NCBI GenBank assembly: GCA_028820635.1
Contig: JAPPIG010000116.1
Coordinates: 6,041 to 70,040 of the forward strand
Source of the DNA: Candidatus Poribacteria bacterium
GTDB lineage: Bacteria; Poribacteria; WGA-4E; WGA-3G
Reading direction: 5' to 3'
Length of the DNA stretch: 64,000 bases
Under the pieces are notes generated by a model, which had not been told where the DNA came from, searched no databases, and worked only from the letters and a program-made list of their open reading frames with translations. This document shows, piece after piece, positions 36,999-48,050 of the stretch. The translations under genes were made by a program, and so were the position numbers. Each line of letters starts with the position of its first letter. Position 1 is the stretch's first letter.

Positions 36999-37634
36999 TT
37001 ATAGTTCTATTTGCCAATTTCTCTCTGTTGCTATACGGCGAAGCTCCCGATCAGGATTTACCGCAACTGGATATCCAAACAATTCCAGTTTATAAACATC
37101 TGAATGGTGGTTACCATACGCATAAGAAGTACTTAAGTCAAATCCATGCGTCGTTGCAAGTTCTTGTGCAAGGGCAGCTTTGTTCTGTGCATAAGGACGT
37201 ATCCCAACGCGCCCACCAGTAAACTTCCCGTTAGCCACCTCCAGCTCATCTGCGACCATGATGTCAGTCTGAAAATGCTCATGAAAAAGTTCAACTAAAA
37301 ACGATAACGAACCTGACATCAAAATTACCGTTCGTCCCTCATCGCGATGGGTGTCTATTAGTGTTGAAATTTGAGGTGTAATACTATCACGAAGTGAATC
37401 AACAAAACAATCTCGAGCGAGTTCACAAAGATGGTGCTGCTCTAAACCGGAAAGATGAATTTTGTTCGATTTTGCTTCAGTATACGATCTGATTTTCAAA
37501 AAATGGGATGTCCACGCAAGCAAATTTGAAATTGGAATTTCACCATGTTTCAGCAAATGTTTAAGGAAAACTTTCTCTGAAGATTGACGGATGAGTGTCC
37601 CATCAAGGTCGAAAATAGCACATGTATTTTTCAT
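36999..37634 (-). CDS. HAD-IB family hydrolase
   Basis: FDLDGTL, LMSGS, K, AYGNHHSD, PVAVNPD. Confidence 0.85.
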   Translation of the reverse strand: MKNTCAIFDLDGTLIRQSSEKVFLKHLLKHGEIPISNLLAWTSHFLKIRSYTEAKSNKIHLSGLEQHHLCELARDCFVDSLRDSITPQISTLIDTHRDEGRTVILMSGSLSFLVELFHEHFQTDIMVADELEVANGKFTGGRVGIRPYAQNKAALAQELATTHGFDLSTSYAYGNHHSDVYKLELFGYPVAVNPDRELRRIATERNWQIEL

Positions 37635-38383
37635 TATATATTCTGTCCTAACGCCTTCCGGTATGCTTTGACAGCAGCTTCCAACCCGATATAGAGAGCA
37701 TCAGCCATCAAATGGTGTCCAATAGAAACTTCAAGTAGCCCAGGCAATTGCTGCATCAGAGGAAGATTGTCAAGATTGAGGTCATGCCCCGCATTAGTGC
37801 CAAGACCTAAGTCAAGTGCCTTCTCACCAGCGTTCTTCAAGAGCGTAAATTCTCGCGAAATTTCCGCTTCTGACTGTGCCATTGCATAAGGTGCTGTATA
37901 AAGTTCAATTCTATCTGCACCAATGTCACGCGTCCGTTTTATCTGTTCCAGATCAGTTCCGCTAAACAGGCTAACACGGATACCAGCATTCTTCAAAGAG
38001 GTTATTATAGGTTTCAACATGCCTCCATCTTGTTGGATATCCCATACGGTGTGACTGGTGATCTCTCCACTGACTACAGGGACAAGTGTGCATTGTGTTG
38101 GGCACACATCCAGCACCATTTCAAGAAGTTCTGGACGCGGATCACCTTCAATGTTATATTCAATGTTATTGTTATTTTTAGAGTTTATATCTTTTAACCG
38201 TTGGGCTACTTCATACACATCTGCCGGTCTGATGTGACGTTGATCTTCGCGGGGATGCACTGTAATGCCTTGCGCACCTGCATCAATACAGGTATCAACA
38301 GCAGTAAGGACATCCGGAATGTCACCTCCTCTCGAATTTCGTAATGTTGCGACTTTGTTTACGTTAACGCTCAGACAGATCAT
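37634..38383 (-). CDS. pdxJ: Pyridoxine 5'-phosphate synthase
   Basis: LSVNVNKVATLRN, ITVHPREDQRHI, NAGHDL, EVSIGH; start set at ATG 38383 after AAGGAG. Confidence 0.95.
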   Translation of the reverse strand: MICLSVNVNKVATLRNSRGGDIPDVLTAVDTCIDAGAQGITVHPREDQRHIRPADVYEVAQRLKDINSKNNNNIEYNIEGDPRPELLEMVLDVCPTQCTLVPVVSGEITSHTVWDIQQDGGMLKPIITSLKNAGIRVSLFSGTDLEQIKRTRDIGADRIELYTAPYAMAQSEAEISREFTLLKNAGEKALDLGLGTNAGHDLNLDNLPLMQQLPGLLEVSIGHHLMADALYIGLEAAVKAYRKALGQNI

Positions 38384-38424
38384 TTTTTCTCCTTTATAGT
38401 AAATCTGAAAATGCAATGCGCGTA

Positions 38425-38451
38425 GTAGGCGCGGTTTCAAACCGCGCCTAC
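38425..38451. repeat. GTAG...CTAC palindrome
   Basis: GTAGGCGCGGTT-TCA-AACCGCGCCTAC; relatives at 29096 and 53328. Confidence 0.85.
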
Positions 38452-38459
38452 AAATAGAA

Positions 38460-39875
38460 CTATGGAAAAATGCCAAGTTGCATATAGGATTGTGCAATTT
38501 TATGAATAGCACTGATAAACGCTGCTGTTCTGCTATCTACTACATCTTTTCCGTGTTTCAATCGAATTTCGCGAATTTCTTGATACGCGTTTACCATCGT
38601 ATCTTGAAGTCCTGAGTTGACCAAATCCGTTTCATCGGCACCGTGTAAAGGTCCGCGTTCATCATCGGAAAATTGATATCCGGTAGCTTGTTCAATAAAG
38701 AGAAGCATAGCATTATACGCGGTTTCTTCATACCGTCTGGCAAGCCTTCCGAATCCGACGTGTGAGAGATTGCGAAGCCATTCAAAATAGGAAACGGTTA
38801 CACCGCCAGCATTTAGAAAAGTATCAGGAATAATCAGTGCACCACGTTTTTGGAGTATCTCATCGGCTTTGGTCGTTGTAGGACCATTTGCTGCTTCGGC
38901 AATTATGTGTGCTTTGATACGCGGCGCGTTCTCCGCAGTTAACTGATTTTCAAGTGCGGCTGGGATAAGGATATCGCATTCTAACTCCAAAACGTCGTTC
39001 GGATTCTCAATAAATGTCGCGTCTGAACAATGCCGAATTGAACCGGTTTCAGCACGAAACGTGGATACTTTTTCAATATCAATTCCTTTTGGATTATAGA
39101 TAGCACCATCTGACTCGGCAATGCCAATAACTATCGCCTCAGCTTCAGTTAAGTATTTTGCGGCAGGATATCCGACTTTCCCAAAGCCTTGAAGGACAAC
39201 GGTTTTTCCCCGCAGACCGGGATGAAGTCCAATCTGTTTCATATCATCTTCATAACTACAAACCTCTTCCAACCCGAACACAACACCGCGCCCAGTCGCC
39301 TCTTTTCGTCCATGTATACCGTTTTGATCAATCGGTTTTCCTGTTACACAAGCGATAGCATCAAGTTTGTCTTGGGACATTGTGAGGTATGTATCAAGAA
39401 TCCATGCCATTTCGTTTTCACCGGTGCCGAAGTCCGGGGCAGGCACATCAACACCGGGACCGATATAGTTTTTCTGAATCAGTTCATAGGTATAGCGGCG
39501 GGTGATTCGTTCCAATTCGCTCTCAGAGTACTCATTTCTGTTAAGTTGGATACCGCCTTTAGCACCACCAAACGGCACGTCTACCAGCGCGCATTTATAG
39601 GTCATCAACGCAGCAAGTGCCACTATCTCGTCTTCGTTAACAAGTGTGCTGTAGCGGATACCTCCTTTCGTTGGAAGTTTATGGTGACTATGTTCAGCAC
39701 GCCATCCGTGAATCGTTTGAATGGTACCGTCATCCCGTTTAATCGGAAAGGTGAAATGGCAAGAGTTGTTACAAATTTTTATCTGGTCCAAAAGCCCCTG
39801 CGGATATTCTGTGAACTGTGCTGCTTTGTCAAAATTCTTGTTCACTTTTTCAAAAAACGAGAGGTTTTCTGCCAT
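38460..39875 (-). CDS. gdhA: Glutamate dehydrogenase (Glu/Leu/Phe/Val family)
   Basis: KGGIRY, PFGGAKGG, DVPAPD, VTGKP, ATGRG, QGFGKVG, NAGGVTVSYFEW; start at MAENLSFF. Confidence 0.92.
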   Translation of the reverse strand: MAENLSFFEKVNKNFDKAAQFTEYPQGLLDQIKICNNSCHFTFPIKRDDGTIQTIHGWRAEHSHHKLPTKGGIRYSTLVNEDEIVALAALMTYKCALVDVPFGGAKGGIQLNRNEYSESELERITRRYTYELIQKNYIGPGVDVPAPDFGTGENEMAWILDTYLTMSQDKLDAIACVTGKPIDQNGIHGRKEATGRGVVFGLEEVCSYEDDMKQIGLHPGLRGKTVVLQGFGKVGYPAAKYLTEAEAIVIGIAESDGAIYNPKGIDIEKVSTFRAETGSIRHCSDATFIENPNDVLELECDILIPAALENQLTAENAPRIKAHIIAEAANGPTTTKADEILQKRGALIIPDTFLNAGGVTVSYFEWLRNLSHVGFGRLARRYEETAYNAMLLFIEQATGYQFSDDERGPLHGADETDLVNSGLQDTMVNAYQEIREIRLKHGKDVVDSRTAAFISAIHKIAQSYMQLGIFP

Positions 39876-40029
39876 TTGTATTAACCTTTCAGAGAATTTG
39901 TGGCGTTTGTAGTCGCGCAATTCATTGCCAAATCAACGCCAAGCACTTATGGCACTTGTCGCCTCTTACATTCACAATAAGGTATTTGAGTCGCCACAGA
40001 AACCAAATATATCAATAACAGTGAAATGA

Positions 40030-40902
40030 TTACCGTTGCCTAATGTATTTTTGTAACCTTGCGTCCGCTTGGACTTCTCCAACGTAAATGTCACCGTGCG
40101 AATCAACCCAGATACCGTGTGGGCAAGCGAGAAATTCACCGGGAACAGTACTACCGCGCTCACTACCCCATTGGGAAACTACTTCCCCATCTAAAGTCAT
40201 GATTGAGATTCGTTGATCCAGCTCCGCAATATAGACCAATTCGTCTTCGTCAATAAAAATCGTGTCGGGTTGCAGCAGATCACCCCATTCCTCAATGTAT
40301 TCTCCATCTAAGGTGAAAAACTGAATCCGATTGTTTTCTCGGTCTGCCACCATAAGTCGATTGCGTGGATCAACTCTAACACAGTGCGGCAGATCAAATT
40401 CCCCTGGACCCGTTCCCGGCTTTCCCCAAGACTTAATCAACTCTCCATCGGGTGAATATTTATGAACACGTGCGTTGCCATAGCCATCACTAATATACAT
40501 CTCACCATCAGGACCAAGTGCAAAATCCGTTGGTAGATTGAAGGGTTCGCCCTCCGCACCGGCTTCATCTGGCGTGCCGAGTGTCATCAAGAGTTCACCT
40601 TCCGTGGTGAACTTGCGCATAACGTGCGTTTCACGTTCAACACAGTAGATATTATCATCGGCATCTATAAAGATTCCGTGTGCATCCTTGAGAATGTCAT
40701 CACCCCAAGAGGTTAGGAAATTACCATCACGATCAAAGACTACCATCGGGTGTTCGCTGCGGCTATAAACATAGACGCGGTCCTGAGAATCAACAGCGAC
40801 AGCAGGAATCCATCCAAATTCCCAGCCATCTGGTAGTGTCCACCAATTTTCCTGCACCGTATACTGATGCGTTCCTTGTCCAAAAATCATTAGGGTCTCC
40901 AA
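40030..40902 (-). CDS. NHL-repeat beta-propeller protein (PAL-like)
   Basis: FNLPTDFA, YISDGYGNARVHK, FDLPH, ADRENNRIQ, PHGIWVD; start uncertain. Confidence 0.88.
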   Translation of the reverse strand: METLMIFGQGTHQYTVQENWWTLPDGWEFGWIPAVAVDSQDRVYVYSRSEHPMVVFDRDGNFLTSWGDDILKDAHGIFIDADDNIYCVERETHVMRKFTTEGELLMTLGTPDEAGAEGEPFNLPTDFALGPDGEMYISDGYGNARVHKYSPDGELIKSWGKPGTGPGEFDLPHCVRVDPRNRLMVADRENNRIQFFTLDGEYIEEWGDLLQPDTIFIDEDELVYIAELDQRISIMTLDGEVVSQWGSERGSTVPGEFLACPHGIWVDSHGDIYVGEVQADARLQKYIRQR

Positions 40903-41078
40903 TTTTAAATGAATTGTGAGTCATTTTAACAGATAGGTTGCCATATATCAAGGGAATTTAACTTGAGAACTTGCACAATGTCAATAAACAATGATATAAT
41001 TTGTGATTATAGAAGAATCCAAAAACAGTAGAATAGGGGATTCTGTTTAGAGACCTCTAAACAGAGAAAGGGGAGAAC

Positions 41079-41864
41079 ATGAAACAGATTTTAACAATTG
41101 CAGGTTCAGATTCAGGTGGGGGTGCTGGGATACAAGCGGATATTAAGGCGATCTCGGCAAACGGTGGTTTCGCTATGTCCGCAATAACCTCCGTAACAGC
41201 ACAGAATACCGTTGCTGTCACGGACGCCTTTGACCTGCCTATTCCGCTGATTGAAGCGCAGCTGGATGCAGTCTTTTCGGACTTTGACGTAGCCAGCGTT
41301 AAAACAGGGATGCTTTCATCGTCAACGATTGTGGAAACGGTGGCACAAAAGTTACGTGAATATACGCCTCAGGCAATTGTGGTTGACCCTGTAATGATTT
41401 CTAAAAGTAAGTTTCCACTGTTGAAAGCAGAGGCTATCAACAGTCTACGACACACATTAATTCCGATTGCCACGCTAATCACACCAAATGTTTATGAGGC
41501 AGAACTGCTTGCAGAACAAGAGATCCAAACTATTGATGATGCAAAAATAGCGGCAGAAACTATTGCTAACCTCGGTTGTCAGGCTGTACTTGTCAAAGGC
41601 GGGCATCTTGACAATGAAAAGGCGATAGATGTGCTTTATTACAATGACGATTGGTCTTTCTTTGACGCGGAACGGGTTGAAACAAAAAACACACACGGCA
41701 CAGGATGTACCTACTCCGCTGCGATTGCAACACATCTGGCACTTGGAAAGGATTTAATTGCGGCAATTCGGGCTGCAAAAAAATATATTACGAATGCTAT
41801 TCAACACGCATTGGATATCGGCAAAGGACATGGACCGACAAATCATTTCTATTTTTTAACTTAA
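41079..41864 (+). CDS. thiD: Hydroxymethylpyrimidine/phosphomethylpyrimidine kinase
   Basis: [38 protein letters not shown]. Confidence 0.95.
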   Translation: MKQILTIAGSDSGGGAGIQADIKAISANGGFAMSAITSVTAQNTVAVTDAFDLPIPLIEAQLDAVFSDFDVASVKTGMLSSSTIVETVAQKLREYTPQAIVVDPVMISKSKFPLLKAEAINSLRHTLIPIATLITPNVYEAELLAEQEIQTIDDAKIAAETIANLGCQAVLVKGGHLDNEKAIDVLYYNDDWSFFDAERVETKNTHGTGCTYSAAIATHLALGKDLIAAIRAAKKYITNAIQHALDIGKGHGPTNHFYFLT

Positions 41865-42245
41865 TTACAAAGGCTTTCTTCCTGCAAAACCGCTCTCAAT
41901 CTCATGCCAATAACGAATCTCCTTTTCACCAAACCGCCAACAGAGATAAACTTCTTTCCCATCGCGCATGTGTGGAAAATCAATTAAGGCTGGATCAAGT
42001 CCTTTGAGATGGCAGCCAAGACGTTGGATCCGTTCAACGATCTCTCTAAACTGATCTCCGGTTTGCATTAGCAAAAGTGCGTTTTTACTGCCGCCGTTAG
42101 ATGGAATGACCTCTAAGAAAGGTGTGAGTTCGGCGTGTAGTTTTTCCAATTCCTCTTTCAGTTCAAGTAGTGCCGAAATGTCTGTAATCAATTCTGGAAT
42201 GCATTCATTTGCTTCTTCAACCGTAAAATATCTCTTTTCCTGCAT
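41865..42245 (-). CDS. DUF2203-like protein
   Basis: RYFTVEEAN, LIDFP, VYLCW..GE..I.YWH...GFAGRKPL. Confidence 0.85.
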   Translation of the reverse strand: MQEKRYFTVEEANECIPELITDISALLELKEELEKLHAELTPFLEVIPSNGGSKNALLLMQTGDQFREIVERIQRLGCHLKGLDPALIDFPHMRDGKEVYLCWRFGEKEIRYWHEIESGFAGRKPL

Positions 42246-42362
42246 GAGTAGGTCTCCTTGTTCATCTTGCTATAAATTTATACGAATTCAGAGAAGATGT
42301 CAAGCATCAAATCAATTAAGAGAAATTTGATACCTGTCAACACTTACTGAAAATAGTATTTA

Positions 42363-42520
42363 CAGAGCCATTCAATTGTCGAGTTTCTCCCAATTAATTA
42401 TATTGTAGGAGGGAACTCCGATTCCCGACTGTCAATGAGGTTCGTCGCGATTCGGAGATCGCTCCTACAAGAAAAGACTTATGATAAAATGTGAAATTAC
42501 TGGAGAATTGAATGCCTCTG
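42363..42520. mobile_element. MITE with 10-bp TSD enclosing a GTAG REP doublet
   Basis: TIR CAGAGCCATTCAATTGTCGAGT / ACTGGAGAATTGAATGCCTCTG; perfect direct repeat ATAGTATTTA at 42353-42362 and 42521-42530. Confidence 0.88.
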
Positions 42521-42584
42521 ATAGTATTTACCTTTAATCTTGATTTGTTACCGATGACTGACAACTGAAAACTGAAAACTAACT

Positions 42585-44222
42585 ATGGCAGAAAATGAAA
42601 CACAATCTGCTGAGGAGCAGAATCAAAACGCCACCCGTGCTGCAGGAATAGTCAGCCTCGCTGTGATGGGGTCGAGAATACTGGGACTTGCTCGTGAAAC
42701 AGCGATTGGCTACTACTTTCGTTCAACGACCAGTGCGGATACTTTCTACCTCGCTTTCCGCATCCCAAACTTTCTACGCGATATGTTTGGCGAAGGTATT
42801 TTAAGCAAGGCTTTTATTACCACTTTCGTAACGACAGAAGCCGAAGATGGAGAAGAAGCGGCATGGAATTTGGCAAACCGCATCTTTAATTTGACGTCTC
42901 TCATCCTAATTGGCATTACTGGGTTAGGTATTGTTTTTGCGCCTGCCATTGTTGATGTTTTGGCACAACACAATTTCGACAAAGATTTAGACACTGTTGA
43001 GCATCAAGGATTTACCAGTAAAATTGAACTGGCAATCTATCTCACTCAATTGATGTTTCCCTACCTGCTATTTGTTTCGCTTGCTGCAATTGCGATGGGA
43101 TTATTGAACAGCAAGGGAAAATTCGGTATACCAGCATGTGCGTCTACCTTCTTTAACCTGAGTTCACTCCTTATTGGGATAAGTGGCTACTATTTATTTC
43201 CATTAGCAGGAATTCATCCCGTAACAGGTATGGCTGTCGGTGTAATCGTTGGAGGGATTGCTCAATTTCTAATTCAGGTACCGTCTATGTATCGCGTCGG
43301 TTTTCGGTACCGCCCGCTCTTGAGTTTGCGAGATCCCAGAGTACTTCAAGTTATACATCTAATTGGACCTGCTGTGTTAGGTGTCGCAGTGGTACAGGTA
43401 AATCAATTTACCAATACGTTCTTTATTACCTCAGATTCTGGATGGTTGACGTGGATTAGTAGGGCATACCGTGTTGTGCATCTCCCTATTGGGATTTTTG
43501 GTGTTGCAATTTCAACGGTGGCACTCCCGCAACTTGCAAAATTCGCAACTACAGGAGATACTGAAAATTTTCGCAATTCGCTCTCTTATGCTCTCCGTCT
43601 TTTACTTACCGTGACAATTCCTGCCGCAATTGGGCTTATGATGCTATCTGAACCTATATGTCGACTGCTCTTTGAATGGGGCGTCACTATTGAGGAGGAT
43701 ACAATCCAAACAGGAGGGCTTCTGTTCGTCTATGCATACGGGTTATGCGGATTTTCTACTCTCAAAATCGTTACCGATGGTTTTTACGCATACAAAGATA
43801 TTCGCGCCCCTGTCATCGTCAGCATCTGTGCGGTTGTGCTTAACATCTGTCTCAATTACCTATTTATCTTCCGTGAACTTTTTTTAGACCCGCGTGCAGT
43901 GGTGTTCTCAACTGTGCTGACTGTGACACTGAATAGTACGGTTTTATTACTACTACTCCGCCGCAAAGTTGGACGGTTAGGACTCCGGGCGGTCATTCCG
44001 TTGGTATTCAAAATCTTAGTTGCTTCTGCAGTAATGGGCGTTGTGTGCTGGGTCACAAACGGTTTTATTGAACAAGATTTGCTTGGTACTGAAGGTATCG
44101 TTCCACGTATTGCCAACGTGTTTGTGCCGATCATATTCAGCGTGTTGGCACTCACGGGTATGTATAAAATCTTAAAAGTCACTGAATTTGATGATATTTT
44201 GAACATATTTAAAAAATTCTAA
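42585..44222 (+). CDS. murJ: Lipid II flippase
   Basis: SRILGLARE, AFRIPNFLR..FGEG, LPIGIFGVAIST, many TM helices. Confidence 0.95.
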   Translation: MAENETQSAEEQNQNATRAAGIVSLAVMGSRILGLARETAIGYYFRSTTSADTFYLAFRIPNFLRDMFGEGILSKAFITTFVTTEAEDGEEAAWNLANRIFNLTSLILIGITGLGIVFAPAIVDVLAQHNFDKDLDTVEHQGFTSKIELAIYLTQLMFPYLLFVSLAAIAMGLLNSKGKFGIPACASTFFNLSSLLIGISGYYLFPLAGIHPVTGMAVGVIVGGIAQFLIQVPSMYRVGFRYRPLLSLRDPRVLQVIHLIGPAVLGVAVVQVNQFTNTFFITSDSGWLTWISRAYRVVHLPIGIFGVAISTVALPQLAKFATTGDTENFRNSLSYALRLLLTVTIPAAIGLMMLSEPICRLLFEWGVTIEEDTIQTGGLLFVYAYGLCGFSTLKIVTDGFYAYKDIRAPVIVSICAVVLNICLNYLFIFRELFLDPRAVVFSTVLTVTLNSTVLLLLLRRKVGRLGLRAVIPLVFKILVASAVMGVVCWVTNGFIEQDLLGTEGIVPRIANVFVPIIFSVLALTGMYKILKVTEFDDILNIFKKF

Positions 44223-44388
44223 AAGCACCTAAATTTCTTCAATTTCCTGCAAAAATTGTTCTTTTTTGAAAATTCTGCAATCTTTTTAAATATTTTAAAC
44301 GAATTTGCCTTTTTCCACGTCTTGTAACACGAAAATTGGATGTTCTAATGTGAAATATGGAATATCTTATCGTGAAATGAGGTTCAAA

Positions 44389-44934
44389 ATGCAATCTTTT
44401 CCCTTAGATTCTACCTTGCTAAAACAGATTCAAAACGGTAATTTTGATGCTGTTGATGTACTTGTCCTGAAATATACTCCCTTATTAAGATCGATCATAC
44501 GTAATGAGGTAAACAATGTTGATGCAGCCGACGATGTGTATGGCGATATCTGTCTTGCAATTGTCCGTCGGTTTCGTCGCAAAGGTACTGCAGACATCAA
44601 CGCCGTTGACAAATGGATCAAACAAGTTGTTCGTAGCAAATGCCAAGAATACTTACGACATGAGAAAAAACATCGTGATATAACAGCAGTTGCCCAAGAA
44701 CAACATGCGGCTGCCTTAAAGCAAGAATTATGTAGAGAGCTGCGTCGAAACGAAGTATCTGAGGTAATTGATGAGATGAGTCCCATTTGCAGATATGTCG
44801 CTGAATTGTGGTTGGAGGGATGGACATCCGCTGAGATTGGTGAGCAGTTGGGCATCCCCGAAGGTACAGTGAAGACTCGGAAACGGACGATTGTTAACCG
44901 GTTACGTGAGCACTTCAATATCCACACCGCTTAA
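44389..44934 (+). CDS. ECF-type RNA polymerase sigma factor
   Basis: Region 2 (AADDV...KWI..VVR..C..YLR) and region 4 (EG.T.AEIGE.LGIPEGTVKTR); start at ATG 44389 after GAGG. Confidence 0.85.
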   Translation: MQSFPLDSTLLKQIQNGNFDAVDVLVLKYTPLLRSIIRNEVNNVDAADDVYGDICLAIVRRFRRKGTADINAVDKWIKQVVRSKCQEYLRHEKKHRDITAVAQEQHAAALKQELCRELRRNEVSEVIDEMSPICRYVAELWLEGWTSAEIGEQLGIPEGTVKTRKRTIVNRLREHFNIHTA

Positions 44935-45054
44935 AAACAAAATTGCGGTTAATACCGCTTCAACGACGTGTTATCTATATTGTTTACACAGTAACGGAGG
45001 CGCGCTATAATAGATGCGTCTCCTTAGGATATATTACAAAAAAGGAGAAAAATT

Positions 45055-45594
45055 GTGAAAAATTTAGTTCTGATAGCCTTCATCGGGTTAATAGGATTGA
45101 CATGTTTTGTTACAACAGATGTCTACGCATCTTCGGATACGGATGCTCGGATGAGCGAAGTTCCGCTCATGACGTTTGTATACGGATATGCCTATGTAGG
45201 ATATTCCTACACATTCCCAGTGGTCAGTAGTAGTCATGGTGCATATATTGCTAACGATTCCGGTAATCATCCAGATTGGCCAAGAAAAGTGCCTGTACGC
45301 TATTACATAGACTTTGAGAGCACGCTAATCGGGAAATTTAAGGACTGGTTTAATCCGTCCCAGAATTGGGGTGAAAAAGGTTGGGTGGCTGGCTGGGACA
45401 CTTATGGGGTAGGTCGTAGTTTCAGTTTCGACCTCTCAGAAGTAGTCTGGCAAAAAATTACTATCCAAGCAGAATCGAGATTTACTGTGAAAGTTGATCA
45501 CGATGGAAATGGTGTTTGGGATGCAAGTGATTCTTGGGGGGCATCAATTAATGAGAAGTTTGATCACAAGAACGTGCCTCTCGGTGTAGAATAG
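45055..45594 (+). CDS. Secreted hypothetical protein
   Basis: AAGGAG RBS, signal peptide ending VYA, beta-rich and aromatic, DHDGNGVWD Ca-loop-like motif. Confidence 0.75.
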   Translation: MKNLVLIAFIGLIGLTCFVTTDVYASSDTDARMSEVPLMTFVYGYAYVGYSYTFPVVSSSHGAYIANDSGNHPDWPRKVPVRYYIDFESTLIGKFKDWFNPSQNWGEKGWVAGWDTYGVGRSFSFDLSEVVWQKITIQAESRFTVKVDHDGNGVWDASDSWGASINEKFDHKNVPLGVE

Positions 45595-45710
45595 GTGATC
45601 TTCGCGCCCAAAGTACGTATTTAGCGGATTATAACTTTTCTTACCGGCTCGCGCGCTGATGCGTGCGAGCCTTACCGTCAAATATGCTTAGGGTATTAAG
45701 GAGTTACAAC

Positions 45711-46805
45711 ATGGGACGATTTTTAAACAAAAATAAAATAACATATATACTTTCGCAGATGTTTGTCTATACAGTATGCTTTTGTTTGTTTGTGCTATTT
45801 TCCCCAAGCGGCGTGAATGCCAAAATCGTGTTTGTCTATAATGGCAGTATTTATGTGATGAACGATGGAGGCACCGGTATCCGCAGATTGACAGACAATC
45901 AGTTTTGGGAGGATCTCCCGCGTTGGTCCCCAGATGGCACCCAAATCGCTTTTGAGAGGAACCTTGAGAAAGATATACAAAAGTATCAAATGTTTATTAT
46001 GAACGCTGATGGCACGAACCAACAACAACTCACATATAACGAACAAGGGAATAGAAATGGCGATCCGACCTGGTCACCGGATGGAAGATACCTGGCGTTT
46101 ACAAGCAACCGGAGTGGAAAAACTGAGATCCATGTTATGGACTTAATGGATCATACAGTGAAACAGTTGACAGGCAGGGAGGAACCGCACCGTGCAGGAT
46201 CTCCTGATTGGTCACCTGATGGCAAAGAAATTCTTTATGAAAAAAGCATATTAAGAGGGGCCGGCATAGCAAATAAGAATATTTGGGTTATGTCAGCAGA
46301 TGGAACAAACCAGCGTCCCCTTTTGCCGGATCAAGACCCTGGACAGCAGCTGTCGTTCAGAGTTTACCCTAAATGGTCATCAGATGGGCAGCAGATACTG
46401 TACCTTAAATCAGCAGGCGGTCTACAAGGAGATTTTCCAATAAAACGATTCGTTATTATGCGTCCCAACGGTGCGAAAAAGGAAATTGATGTGAATGAGA
46501 AGATAGGTGGAGAGTGGGTTGGCTCTGGATTGTGTTCGATGGATCATGGAGGGGCATTTCTCTTTTCTGCGGGGTTACTTGAAGTGCCGCGTGAAAAGCG
46601 GTTTCATGACATCTATCGGTATGAGATTGCAACCGGTAAACTCAGACGCTTAACACGCCATCGATATGACGACATTCGACCGCATTGGGTAGAAGGTGCA
46701 CTGTCTGTATCTCCGCAGGAAAAATTGCCTACGCAATGGGGTGAAATGAAAGCGGTATATGGTATTGAGACATCTATGGAAAATGAAAAGTATACGTCTC
46801 CATGA
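45711..46805 (+). CDS. TolB-like PD40 beta-propeller protein
   Basis: Repeated P.WSPDG..IAF and MNADG; C-terminal VSPQEKLPTQWGEMK; start at ATG 45711 after AAGGAG. Confidence 0.88.
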   Translation: MGRFLNKNKITYILSQMFVYTVCFCLFVLFSPSGVNAKIVFVYNGSIYVMNDGGTGIRRLTDNQFWEDLPRWSPDGTQIAFERNLEKDIQKYQMFIMNADGTNQQQLTYNEQGNRNGDPTWSPDGRYLAFTSNRSGKTEIHVMDLMDHTVKQLTGREEPHRAGSPDWSPDGKEILYEKSILRGAGIANKNIWVMSADGTNQRPLLPDQDPGQQLSFRVYPKWSSDGQQILYLKSAGGLQGDFPIKRFVIMRPNGAKKEIDVNEKIGGEWVGSGLCSMDHGGAFLFSAGLLEVPREKRFHDIYRYEIATGKLRRLTRHRYDDIRPHWVEGALSVSPQEKLPTQWGEMKAVYGIETSMENEKYTSP

Positions 46806-46891
46806 TTTATTTTAAGGGTAATATCTAACTCCCAGACCTCTATACTTTCCATGCGACTTGCTCAGATAGTAGAATCGAAAAAAGGAGATAT

Positions 46892-47671
46892 ATGTTAACA
46901 AAACGAATAATACCATGTTTAGACGTACGTGCTGGAAAGGTCACCAAAGGTATCGCGTTCAAAGGCAATGTTGACGTAGGTGACCCTGTTGAAATGGCGC
47001 GTTTTTATTATGAAGGTGGTGCAGACGAACTCGTCTTTTACGACATCACCGCCAGCAATGAACGGCGCGACATTATGATTGATGTTGTCTCTGCTGTCGC
47101 CGCAGAAATCTTTATCCCGTTTTCTGTCGGTGGTGGGTTACGCACACTGGAGGATATGCGGCGCGTCTTGCTTGCTGGTGCAGAAAAGGTTAGTATAGAT
47201 TCAGGTGCAGTACGAAATCCTGGTATTATCTCTGAAGGCGCGCGTGCATTCGGTAGTCAATGTGTTGTGTTAAGCATGCAGGTGAAAAAGGTTTCTAAAA
47301 GTGAACAGATTCCAAGCGGTTATGAAATCTATATTGATGGTGGACGGAAACCTGTTGGATGGGATGCATTGGAATGGTCTGCTCGGGGTGTGGACTTAGG
47401 TGCAGGCGAGATTGTGGTCAATAGCATTGATGCCGATGGCACGAAGGCAGGTTACGAATTGGAGTTAACAGGGGCAATCGCTGACCTCGTGCCGATCCCA
47501 GTAATTGCTTCTGGAGGAGCAGGAAATCCGCAACACCTTCGCGATGTTTTTGTTGAGAGCAATGCCGATGCTGCGATTGTCGCCTCTATCACACACTACG
47601 GCGAATTCACGATTGAGGGCATCAAAACCTATCTGGCAGATGAAGGTGTGAGTGTGCGGGATACTTGGTAA
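46892..47671 (+). CDS. hisF: Imidazole glycerol phosphate synthase cyclase subunit
   Basis: [42 protein letters not shown]. Confidence 0.96.
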   Translation: MLTKRIIPCLDVRAGKVTKGIAFKGNVDVGDPVEMARFYYEGGADELVFYDITASNERRDIMIDVVSAVAAEIFIPFSVGGGLRTLEDMRRVLLAGAEKVSIDSGAVRNPGIISEGARAFGSQCVVLSMQVKKVSKSEQIPSGYEIYIDGGRKPVGWDALEWSARGVDLGAGEIVVNSIDADGTKAGYELELTGAIADLVPIPVIASGGAGNPQHLRDVFVESNADAAIVASITHYGEFTIEGIKTYLADEGVSVRDTW

Positions 47672-47699
47672 TGATAAATGGTGCGATTAGGAAACGCAC

Positions 47700-47963
47700 C
47701 ATAGGCATCAATTTAGGATATTTCTTCTTGTTGGAGGGCTTTGTAAGCCCGATATTGCGCTATACACATTTCGCACCGCTGGTGCTTGGGTCTTTGTTGT
47801 ATCAATTCTATACACATTCCGCACCGCTGGTGCTGAGACATACTTTGCTAAAGCCTCGGAGAGGCGATAGGTGTATAGTAAACGTTGATCTCGCCAATAA
47901 CAAGCCCCAGAGGGGCGACAGGTGTATGAGATGCTAACGTTCTTTGCTAAATTGACGCTTATG
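47700..47963. mobile_element. MITE-like element containing four short REP-like units
   Basis: TIR CATAGGCATCAATTTAG / CTAAATTGACGCTTATG (15/17); two TATACACATT.CGCACCGCTGGTGCT facing two AG.GGCGA.AGGTGTAT units; no clear TSD. Confidence 0.65.
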
Positions 47964-48050
47964 GGTATGTCAGAATACGCGTATGGTATTCTGAATTGGT
48001 TAGGAAACCGCACCTACCTGTGAATGGTTATTTATATTTACCTATGAATC

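Noticed and set aside
38384-38512. N-terminal extensions of pdxJ, gdh and the HAD gene given by the ORF track
   Set aside because: Extensions run through REP or 7-mer repeats; downstream ATGs fit the family N-termini better
40905-41078. TPP riboswitch upstream of thiD
   Set aside because: Conserved CTGAGA...CCTG core not seen; region is AT-rich promoter DNA
47760-47930. Possible mini-CRISPR from repeated TATACACATT.CGCACCGCTGGTGCT
   Set aside because: Only two direct copies followed by inverted relatives inside a TIR shell; no cas genes or leader
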